Positions 1-7,622 of a stretch of DNA of 24,960 nt are shown here, piece by piece; position 1 is the stretch's first letter; every line of letters starts with the position of its first letter. The stretch is from a virus. Lineage: Duplodnaviria; Caudoviricetes. The position numbers and the translations under genes are program-made. Under the pieces are notes generated by a model. It was not told the DNA's origin and did not search any database. It saw only the letters and a list, made by a program, of their open reading frames with translations. The DNA lies in the IMG/VR virus record IMGVR_UViG_3300010334_000251, positions 1 through 24,960 of that record; one strand, given 5' to 3'.

Positions 1-767
1 ACATATATTGCTCAGTCCAGAAAGTAGGATTTGAATTCCATGGATTATTTTGGCACAACGATCAACGTGTATCAAAAACATTTCATTTAAAAAAATTGAA
101 ATTGGCCGAAGAAAAAAACATACGTCTTATTCAAATTTTTGAGGACGAATGGCAATATAAAAAGGATATTGTTTGTGACCGTATAAGACATATACTGCAC
201 GTTGCCGCAAATAAAACGTATTATGCCAGAAAATGTCAAGTAAAATCAGTAACTTCATCCGATGCAAGAAAGTTTTTAGACGCAAATCATATACAAGGAT
301 TCGCTAACTCTTCTATTAAATTAGGATTATATTATGAGGACGAATTGCTGTCATTGATGACTTTTTCTAAATTAACAAAGGCCAAAGGCCATATATCACA
401 GGAAAAACATTGGGAGTTGTCTAGATTTTGTGGGAAGCTCAACACCCATATTGTGGGTGCTGCTGGTAAATTACTAAAACATTTTATTTTAAATCATCAT
501 CCTGTAGAAATATTGTCATTTAGTGATCGTAGATGGAGTGATGGTAATTTATATAAAACTTTAGGGTTTGAGTTTAAAGGTAATACTGCTGTTAATTATT
601 GGTATTTTAAAAGTGGTGATGATATTAGAATTCATAGATATCAATTAAGAAAAAATAGTTCAGATGACCAATCATTAACTGAGTACGAAAATAGAATCGG
701 TCAGGGGTACAGGCGTATTTGGGACTGCGGTAGTGGCAAGTGGGTTTTGAATATATCTCAGTCATAA
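1..767 (+). CDS. Hef-like / DUF559 (Vsr-like) endonuclease with C-terminal Mom/GNAT-like domain; 5' end outside the window
   Basis: The frame is open from base 3 (IYCSVQKVGFEFHGLFWHN...), so the listed TTG start at 96 is internal. E-F-H-G-x-x-W-H followed by IRLIQIFEDEW fits DUF559/Vsr-type nucleases. The C-terminus has YARKC...NHIQG...WELSRFC...SFSDRRWSDGNLYKTLGF...IWDCG. Confidence 0.7.
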   Translation, partial: IYCSVQKVGFEFHGLFWHNDQRVSKTFHLKKLKLAEEKNIRLIQIFEDEWQYKKDIVCDRIRHILHVAANKTYYARKCQVKSVTSSDARKFLDANHIQGFANSSIKLGLYYEDELLSLMTFSKLTKAKGHISQEKHWELSRFCGKLNTHIVGAAGKLLKHFILNHHPVEILSFSDRRWSDGNLYKTLGFEFKGNTAVNYWYFKSGDDIRIHRYQLRKNSSDDQSLTEYENRIGQGYRRIWDCGSGKWVLNISQS

Positions 768-793
768 AAATAGGAGCAATGCGCTCCTATTTT
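767..793. terminator. Bidirectional intrinsic terminator between convergent genes
   Basis: Inverted repeat AAAATAGGAGC-aatgc-GCTCCTATTTT, with A and T tracts forming the outer ends, between the endonuclease (+) and sheath (-) stop codons. Confidence 0.85.
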
Positions 794-814
794 ACAATAA
801 TCAGATTCAACTAA

Positions 815-3800
815 TTATTTTACACCTTTGATAGTTCCTGGATTCTTCAAACGAATTGGAACATAGATATACTCAACATCACGCATAGGCTCAATGGCTA
901 TATCTACATATAGTTCACTTCTAGCAATGCGGTCCGAAGTATTATTACTCGAGTCACATACTACTAGATAATCGTATATGCCACGTTTAACCACCAAATC
1001 GTTCAATGCGCTTTCAACAACCAGTTTAACTTGATCACGTGTTGTTTTGTCATTAGGTTCAAACAAGAATTGATTTGTTAGTGCCTGTAAAACCACACGC
1101 ACATAGTTTACCAACCTAGCAACATTAACACGATCCATACTACTTGCAATAGGGTTTCGAGTTTTTTGTCCGTAAACAACCAATCCAACACCATTCAACG
1201 ATGTGATTGGGTTGATGTTTAATTCATACATTGCGTCCCGCATTTGTTGATTAATGCCCGATTTCACAAATAATCCGGTATTAGCATCAACATATCCAAT
1301 TCCATTAGCATTATCAACTAACCCACGACGTGTTCCGGCGGGAGCGAACCATTGGTAACTAACATTGTCACTCCTGATATAAGTGCGTAACATAACATGG
1401 CTTGGGGGGACTGCAATCTCATTACCCAACAAATCATTAGTCAATGCAGACGGATAATATAATGCCAAATAAGGATCATGATTAATTGCTTCATTTTTAT
1501 TATACGCAGTTATTGAATTTATATCCGCCGACAACGTCATTGGTGTATCGCCAATGATAAAGCCGGTATTACTACGATCATTATTTAAGCCAATCAAGTT
1601 ATCTACTAACTCAGGATATCCTGGAGCCAACAATAAATTAAAATTATATGTTTCCTCTCTTATATCGCTACTGGCATCAAGTGCTCCTTGCAATGCTTTG
1701 ACAATCAAAGCTCTTTGAGCATGATGACCAACATATGGTGTGCCGTCGCCCTTCAAACCACTGTCAGTAACCCAAGCATCGGTTATTGCTGGCAACGTCT
1801 GATTTGGATATGCTTGTGCGTTAAAGTGGTTATTAACAAACTTTTTAATATTATAACCACCACGACGTAAATTAAACAGCAATGTGCCACGAGGATATAA
1901 TCTATAGTCAGGTGCATCCAAATCTACATAGTTACTAGTCTGTAACGCCGCAATATTTGGATACTGACCGGTGATAGGGTTAGCTGTGCCAGACCCGTCC
2001 CATCGCACGTCAGCAAATGCAATACCATTTTGGCTTATTCTATCAGTATTATTAATCAACATCCATTTATTTGAAGACTCATAACGATATATTCTAGGAT
2101 AATTTTCCAAATCACCAGTATCTAACCACAAATCACCAGGAACTAATTCTGTTAAGTCACTTTGGGATACTGGTTCACTTGCGCTAACTATAACACCTTT
2201 AGGGTCTGTTAATTGTAAATTATAACCACGAGGATCGCGACTTACGTTTTTATAACCCTTCCAACCAGTAGTATCACAAATCATAATATCAACTTGAGTT
2301 GGGTCACTGTAATACCAAAGAGTTCCATCATCTGGTGCCGTATATGGCTCTTGTCTACTGTAAGTATAACGAACTGTTGTCCAATTAGTTAATGTAATAG
2401 ATCCAGGAACAATGTTAGCCACAACTCCTGGTGTGCTATTAGTAAATCCTGCGGTAGTTATTGGATTACTTCCATCTGTTTTGTTGATCAAAGTAATTAG
2501 CCCGCCTGATCTATGCCCAATAGCTATCAACCCAGAAGACTCTATTCTGGCTTCAACGTTTTCAATATTAGCAGCCAAAATAGATGACACAAAATCTTTT
2601 GCTGTTGTGCCACTCAGAGTGATTTCATAAATTTCTGGGCTACCAACTCCGAATTTAGACACCAACATGGAAAATTTGCTTCCAGTAATAAATGTGCCAG
2701 GAACGCTGCTTCCAAGAACCAATGTTTTACCTGCCGAATTTAACTGATAGAATCTAAAATTCAATAACCCAGAATTGTTTATGTCATATTTTACAAACAT
2801 TGTGCCCGCAGCTATACCAAATCCGCCACCATTAGGATCTAAACCTAATAGTGCTTTATATCCGTCAGCATAGACTGGGGTAGCCAATGATCTCCAAATC
2901 TTTGTTGTTGTGCTATATTGTTTAATTACAAAATTTGCGCCTTGTCCTGATGCACTAGTTTTTAACCAAATACTACCAGTTGGTCTTGGTATAGAGTCTG
3001 CTGCATTCCATGCAGGAGCTTGCACGTAACTACCAAAATATAAAGTTGGCGAATAATATTTTCCAGGATCAATTCCTAAAATTGTTTCCAATGGGCTTTC
3101 ATTCAAATCAATTAATTGAATGGCGCCGTCGTCAATGGCTGGACCAAACCCAGCACCGCCCGAAGTAACGCTTTGACTTGTTTTATTAGCGTATAATGCC
3201 AATCTATTATTTAATAATTTTGCTGTCACGCCTCTAATATTTTTTGCGTTAATTAAATTAACAATATCCTTAATATCAGTTGTATTGTCAGGTATTACTA
3301 TTTCAATACCATTAATTGAAAATTTACTTTCCATAGTAGTGCTGATAGAATCAGATTGACCTAAAACTGTTGGGTGGCTTACCATCCATTCAGCGGATCC
3401 AACTTCTACCCAAATATTATTCAAATTTTTGTAAAATACTGGATTATTTGCATCCCATACCACTACTGCATAACTTCCAATATTACCAATATTATTGTTG
3501 GGCACTGGAACATTGCTTTGTAAAGTTATATCGGATTGTGATGTAACCAATATTGGTTTTTTATTTACAAAGGTATCTAAAATTTGGTCATATTCATAAA
3601 TTCCCCAGTCAGTATCATCTATATCAAACCAATTTGTACCATCCGGAACTTCGCCTTTTGGTCGGACAGTGGTGCCAACTAATTGATCTAAGTCGATATC
3701 TGCTCTCATTGCCCAAACACGGTTTCCCAAGCCCAATGCGCTATAAGCTGTCATCAATCCATATTCATTTAGTTCGTCTCCGTGAATTGGTGTTCCGGCA

Positions 3801-4033
3801 GCCGTTTGCCTAAAGGTTGGCATGCCAAATAGATTGACTAACTCTCGTTGGCTACTTACACCAAAAACTTTTCCAGCATTGACTTTACGTGTGCCTGACG
3901 CTAGTGAATTATTGATTATTTTATTTTCCGAAGTAGCAAATAAAATAAATGGGATTGTGCCAACTGCTGTTGGTAGATATGCGCTTTCATCAGTAACTGT
4001 AATACTGAGACCTGGTGATAATAATGCTGCCAT
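815..4033 (-). CDS. Contractile tail sheath protein (T4 gp18-like) with large central insertion
   Basis: N-terminal LLSPGLSITVTDES and C-terminal WFAPAGTRRG, LYELNINPI-like (MYELNINPI), VYGQKT, DRVNVARL, FLFEPND, VCDSSNN, YVDIAIEP sheath motifs. SD AAAGGAA upstream. Confidence 0.95.
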   Translation of the reverse strand: MAALLSPGLSITVTDESAYLPTAVGTIPFILFATSENKIINNSLASGTRKVNAGKVFGVSSQRELVNLFGMPTFRQTAAGTPIHGDELNEYGLMTAYSALGLGNRVWAMRADIDLDQLVGTTVRPKGEVPDGTNWFDIDDTDWGIYEYDQILDTFVNKKPILVTSQSDITLQSNVPVPNNNIGNIGSYAVVVWDANNPVFYKNLNNIWVEVGSAEWMVSHPTVLGQSDSISTTMESKFSINGIEIVIPDNTTDIKDIVNLINAKNIRGVTAKLLNNRLALYANKTSQSVTSGGAGFGPAIDDGAIQLIDLNESPLETILGIDPGKYYSPTLYFGSYVQAPAWNAADSIPRPTGSIWLKTSASGQGANFVIKQYSTTTKIWRSLATPVYADGYKALLGLDPNGGGFGIAAGTMFVKYDINNSGLLNFRFYQLNSAGKTLVLGSSVPGTFITGSKFSMLVSKFGVGSPEIYEITLSGTTAKDFVSSILAANIENVEARIESSGLIAIGHRSGGLITLINKTDGSNPITTAGFTNSTPGVVANIVPGSITLTNWTTVRYTYSRQEPYTAPDDGTLWYYSDPTQVDIMICDTTGWKGYKNVSRDPRGYNLQLTDPKGVIVSASEPVSQSDLTELVPGDLWLDTGDLENYPRIYRYESSNKWMLINNTDRISQNGIAFADVRWDGSGTANPITGQYPNIAALQTSNYVDLDAPDYRLYPRGTLLFNLRRGGYNIKKFVNNHFNAQAYPNQTLPAITDAWVTDSGLKGDGTPYVGHHAQRALIVKALQGALDASSDIREETYNFNLLLAPGYPELVDNLIGLNNDRSNTGFIIGDTPMTLSADINSITAYNKNEAINHDPYLALYYPSALTNDLLGNEIAVPPSHVMLRTYIRSDNVSYQWFAPAGTRRGLVDNANGIGYVDANTGLFVKSGINQQMRDAMYELNINPITSLNGVGLVVYGQKTRNPIASSMDRVNVARLVNYVRVVLQALTNQFLFEPNDKTTRDQVKLVVESALNDLVVKRGIYDYLVVCDSSNNTSDRIARSELYVDIAIEPMRDVEYIYVPIRLKNPGTIKGVK

Positions 4034-4063
4034 TTGATTTCCTTTTAATAAGAATTATGTAGT

Positions 4064-4071
4064 TATTTAGC
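4064..4071 (-). promoter_or_regulatory. T4-type late promoter (GCTAAATA) for tail sheath
   Basis: TAAATA core about 30 nt upstream of the sheath ATG; the same motif recurs before other structural genes. Confidence 0.7.
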
Positions 4072-4118
4072 AATTAATTTGATTTTTAGTATTGAAACAT
4101 GCCCTTTTCAAAGGTTTA

Positions 4119-4126
4119 GATAAATA
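4119..4126 (+). promoter_or_regulatory. T4-type late promoter (GATAAATA) for Zn-finger/HNH-like gene
   Basis: GATAAATA ends 5 nt before the ATG at 4132. Confidence 0.65.
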
Positions 4127-4131
4127 TTAAT

Positions 4132-4482
4132 ATGGACCGTCCACTATGCGCAGTATGCTCAACCAATCCAGCCGCCATAAACTATCATGCTAATAACAAA
4201 ACTCACTATAGAAAACTATGTGATCAATGTATTAGAAAAGGAAAGAAAATTAAACCAATAGCTCCGTCTTGGTTTAAGAATGGATATAGAAAAAAAGAAC
4301 GCTGTGAAAAGTGCGGCTTCAAAGCCAAATATCCGGAAGATCAATTAAGAGTTTTTCATCTGGACGGAAATCTAAAAAATAATTCCACCAGTAACTTGAA
4401 AACTATTTGCCTAAACTGTCAACAAGAAGTTTTTAAAGGCAAACTATCTTGGGCCCCAGCGGACATCGTGCCTGACTTTTAA
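4132..4482 (+). CDS. Zn-finger protein with degenerate HNH-like domain
   Basis: Four CxxC pairs (CAVC, CDQC, CEKC, CLNC) and VFHLDGNLKNNSTSNLKTICLNCQ, which resembles the HH-x-DGN-xx-NN-xxx-NL-xxx-C-x-NCH pattern of small phage HNH proteins. Confidence 0.7.
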   Translation: MDRPLCAVCSTNPAAINYHANNKTHYRKLCDQCIRKGKKIKPIAPSWFKNGYRKKERCEKCGFKAKYPEDQLRVFHLDGNLKNNSTSNLKTICLNCQQEVFKGKLSWAPADIVPDF

Positions 4483-5111
4483 ATTAGATCTTCAAGCTGT
4501 TGATATAAATCATAAATTGTGGCATTATTATCGATCACTGCATCAAAATCGGTCGATAACCAAGCCCATTCACTAATATGAATCTTGGGGTATTTGCTAT
4601 ACATGCTTTTTTCTGGTAGTTGTAATTGTTCTCTTTCTGCCGATAGAGTTTTGATTGCGCAATCATGCCAATTTGGCAATGACCCTCTGCGAACCCAAAT
4701 AACTTTGCCGCCCAACTTTTTAATAGTAGTGACTTCATTGACAAATCTACAATCACTGATCACTACTCGATCACCTAATTGAGATAATTTATACTCCAAA
4801 CTGGCGATCCAGATGTCTTGATGAAAATTATTACGAATTAAATCAGTCCCCCAATGTTGCAAAACCCATCGTGGAGTTAGGTTGGGTATGTTTAGGCGGT
4901 CGCTCCACCAAACGTCCACAGTTTCTCGCCAAAGTCTAGATTCTTCTGTAATACCTTCTAATAATTCTCTATCCCACCCAAAAACAGAAGATACGGCATC
5001 TTTAAGAGATGATGCAAAACTAGCTCTAACAAATTTACAATCACTAACCAAATAATCAGCAGCAGTATTTTTACCCGAACCTATAAATCCACAAATAGCA
5101 ATTATTGACAT
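4479..5111 (-). CDS. Deoxynucleoside monophosphate kinase (T4 gp1-like)
   Basis: P-loop GFIGSGKNT, SFASSLKD, PRWVLQHWGTD and VISDCRFVNE motifs; SD AAGGAA upstream. Confidence 0.9.
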   Translation of the reverse strand: MSIIAICGFIGSGKNTAADYLVSDCKFVRASFASSLKDAVSSVFGWDRELLEGITEESRLWRETVDVWWSDRLNIPNLTPRWVLQHWGTDLIRNNFHQDIWIASLEYKLSQLGDRVVISDCRFVNEVTTIKKLGGKVIWVRRGSLPNWHDCAIKTLSAEREQLQLPEKSMYSKYPKIHISEWAWLSTDFDAVIDNNATIYDLYQQLEDLI

Positions 5112-5129
5112 TTTTATTCCTTAGCAACA

Positions 5130-5135
5130 ATTATA
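5130..5135 (-). promoter_or_regulatory. Possible sigma70 -10 element (TATAAT) for dNMP kinase
   Basis: TAATATAAT on the minus strand, the same context as the 7551 promoter; no good -35 match. Confidence 0.4.
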
Positions 5136-5164
5136 TTAAACTATCGACAATTATGCTAGAAATA

Positions 5165-6295
5165 TCAACCCATTACCCAATACATCGGAACGCTACCATC
5201 AATGAAATTTTTCAGTTCTTCTTCCAACTTTTCCATCTCTGCCTGTGCTTCAGCCAACAATGCAGTTCCGTTCAAAGTTGTAGATCCCTGTGGTCCAGGA
5301 ACACTCCCATATTTACTACGAGCTTCGCCCACGATACGTTTAGCAAAACTATATGCATACTCTTGCAACCAAGGAAATACCATATGGTCATTGAGTAGCA
5401 TTACATCTGGCTTGTAGTTGTTGAGTCTCAACAATACTGTTTCTGCTGGGACATCTGTCACATTACTCCAGATTTGTGTACTTCTTAGATCCTGAGTGAC
5501 TACTTGTGTAGACTGTAATTCTGACTTAGCAATTACCGTAAATGTCTTTTTTTCATCGTCAACTGTTGCTACACGATAGTTATTATTATAACCACCAACT
5601 TTACAATTAGCGATTGTTAGAGAATCACCAACTGCAATGTGCCAAACATCTTCAGTCTTGATAGTAATATCACTACCAGTAGCTGTGCTATTAGCAGTTA
5701 ATTGCCCGACTCTAACATAATTATGTCCAGATGATGGCATTTTTCTAACCAAAGTTAATTTTTTGGTTACAGAATTCCAATTAAAATCGATAAAACCACC
5801 AAACATCTTCATTGACAATTTCTGATAATCAACAAACAGTTCATAGTTAACCAATCCACCAACACGACCAGCAACTAGCATGTAAGTATTCAAATATCCG
5901 CTAGCAAATGGCTCAAATTGACTGGCGGTTGTTCCTGTTACAGAACCAATACCACGTCTATAAACAGATCTAACCGTCATGATTTCTTTTGGAAGAATAT
6001 ATTCCTGAACTTCTGGCATGAGATCCAAAAACGCATAACTATCTTCCTGACTATTGCTACTACGCTGACGATATTTGATCAATGCCTGCTTAATGGCTAA
6101 ATCATAATGTTCTTTGTCTAACTCTACATCGACAATTTGGTCAGCAAGTCTTAATCTTATATAATCAATTATTTCTTTACGTTTTTCATTTAAAGAATCT
6201 AATTGGCTTTCATCAAAAGCAATTGGTCCAGGACCACCTAAGTGGTCGGTTTGCATGCTTTGAGTACTAGTGAGTCCGGGTTTGAGTGTGGCCAT
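5165..6295 (-). CDS. Neck / head-tail adaptor protein (T4 gp13-like)
   Basis: YIRLRLADQIVDVELDKEHYDLAIKQAL near the N-terminus; WLQEYA...KRIVGEARSKY...P-G-TLNGTALLAEAQAEMEKLEEEL...P...MG at the C-terminus, typical of gp13 homologues. Confidence 0.85.
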   Translation of the reverse strand: MATLKPGLTSTQSMQTDHLGGPGPIAFDESQLDSLNEKRKEIIDYIRLRLADQIVDVELDKEHYDLAIKQALIKYRQRSSNSQEDSYAFLDLMPEVQEYILPKEIMTVRSVYRRGIGSVTGTTASQFEPFASGYLNTYMLVAGRVGGLVNYELFVDYQKLSMKMFGGFIDFNWNSVTKKLTLVRKMPSSGHNYVRVGQLTANSTATGSDITIKTEDVWHIAVGDSLTIANCKVGGYNNNYRVATVDDEKKTFTVIAKSELQSTQVVTQDLRSTQIWSNVTDVPAETVLLRLNNYKPDVMLLNDHMVFPWLQEYAYSFAKRIVGEARSKYGSVPGPQGSTTLNGTALLAEAQAEMEKLEEELKNFIDGSVPMYWVMG

Positions 6296-6296
6296 A

Positions 6297-6342
6297 TATC
6301 TTCATCCTGTTTAAATATTTATCGAAAAACAGGATGAAGATA
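6297..6342 (-). promoter_or_regulatory. 16-bp perfect hairpin covering the neck-gene RBS, with late promoter GATAAATA (6316-6323) in its loop
   Basis: Arms TATCTTCATCCTGTTT (6297-6312) and AAACAGGATGAAGATA (6327-6342), 14-nt loop. On the minus-strand mRNA the 3' arm contains AGGA and ends 1 nt before the ATG. Confidence 0.85.
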
Positions 6343-6350
6343 GTGACTGG

Positions 6351-7517
6351 TTATTGTACTTTTAATAATAACTGATTTTCATTGATTCTACCATTGGCTT
6401 TAACTTCAACTGCCTTAATGGTGTCTAGAAACTTTCTCAATTGAACTTTACCGGCTTTGAAAAACTCTTTTAAAGTTTCTTCAGGCTTCCTAACAGTTTT
6501 TCCAACACTCTTATCTACATCAAAATTAACAATACTAGTGCCTTTAATTGTTAAAGTTTGATAAGATGCCGCAACATATTTGTAAAGTTTACGAGTTCGT
6601 GTGTCAAAACACCAAAGCTCTTGACTACCAATAATATCTGCAGGATTAATACTTATTACTTTGAGTGTTTTATCTTCTTTAGTGTATTTTAGTCTAGCAA
6701 CCAACTTTTCAGCACTTGGCGCTTTCTTAACTCGCAATTTTTTAGTGGCCTTTTTAACTCCGCGGTATTGATCAATTGCCGACATCAATTCATCGATGAA
6801 TGCTATAACTCTTTTAAAATCAGCAGTTTTATAGTGCTTATAGCCCTCAACCAACAAATCGTCTTGTTTGTCTTGTGCCGCTACCAATTCATCTTTTCTC
6901 TGCGAATAAATTTTCTCATATTTAAACAATTGCCCTTGAGGTACTGTATTCGCTACTAAAAAATCATATGGTTTAAAATCGACTTTGACATTATTCACAA
7001 CATCATCATAATGACCCTCAATCGTACCAATCAGCTCACTGGTTTTTTCATTAAGTCTGTCTTGAATCGTCGGACGATAAGCCACAACTTCGGGAGAGAC
7101 TATATTAATAATTTCAGGCTCAGAAGTTTCAATGGCTTCTAAGAGGCATTTGTGTAAAAACTCAAGATGTCTCTGTTTAAACGGCATGCCAGCTCGATTG
7201 GCATGTATCAAACTACATGCCGTCATTGGTATAGATTTATCACCACTTCGTTCATAAGCACGGATCTGCTCATGACTGTATTTGTTGGTAGTTTTTGCCC
7301 ACTCTACGATATATTTTTTGGTTTCTTTTTGAGTGTAATAATAGTTATAATAGTAAAAACTTTTTCGAAGATGGTGATCAAACTCTGCATCGTCCATTTT
7401 GAGCGCACGTTCTGTATCCCAAATTGGTTCACCACCAGTATATTTTTCATCAAAAAATAATGGGTTTCTAGTTTTTTTAACTTTATTTGCGATTTTTACA
7501 CCAGCAACTGTAGCCAT
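6351..7517 (-). CDS. Hypothetical basic phage protein, probably early-expressed
   Basis: 388-aa Lys-rich ORF with SD AGGAG (7525-7529) and a consensus sigma70 promoter; no catalytic motif recognised. Confidence 0.75.
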   Translation of the reverse strand: MATVAGVKIANKVKKTRNPLFFDEKYTGGEPIWDTERALKMDDAEFDHHLRKSFYYYNYYYTQKETKKYIVEWAKTTNKYSHEQIRAYERSGDKSIPMTACSLIHANRAGMPFKQRHLEFLHKCLLEAIETSEPEIINIVSPEVVAYRPTIQDRLNEKTSELIGTIEGHYDDVVNNVKVDFKPYDFLVANTVPQGQLFKYEKIYSQRKDELVAAQDKQDDLLVEGYKHYKTADFKRVIAFIDELMSAIDQYRGVKKATKKLRVKKAPSAEKLVARLKYTKEDKTLKVISINPADIIGSQELWCFDTRTRKLYKYVAASYQTLTIKGTSIVNFDVDKSVGKTVRKPEETLKEFFKAGKVQLRKFLDTIKAVEVKANGRINENQLLLKVQ

Positions 7518-7550
7518 ACGTCAACTCCTAAGTTTTACACAATATTTAAC

Positions 7551-7579
7551 ATTATATTACCAACAAACCATTTTGTCAA
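7551..7579 (-). promoter_or_regulatory. Perfect consensus sigma70 (early) promoter
   Basis: TTGACA (7579-7574), 17-nt spacer, TATAAT (7556-7551) on the minus strand. Confidence 0.9.
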
Positions 7580-7593
7580 GTGGGGCCAAATTA

Positions 7594-7601
7594 GCTAAAT
7601 A
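7594..7601 (+). promoter_or_regulatory. T4-type late promoter (GCTAAATA) for gp14/gp15/NUDIX unit
   Basis: GCTAAATA, then SD AAGGAA, then ATG at 7623. Confidence 0.75.
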
Positions 7602-7622
7602 GTAAACTAAAGGAACAGAATT

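Noticed and set aside
96-98. TTG starts at 96 and 24797 given in the ORF track
   Set aside because: Both frames remain open to the window edge and encode conserved motifs upstream, so the true starts lie outside the window.
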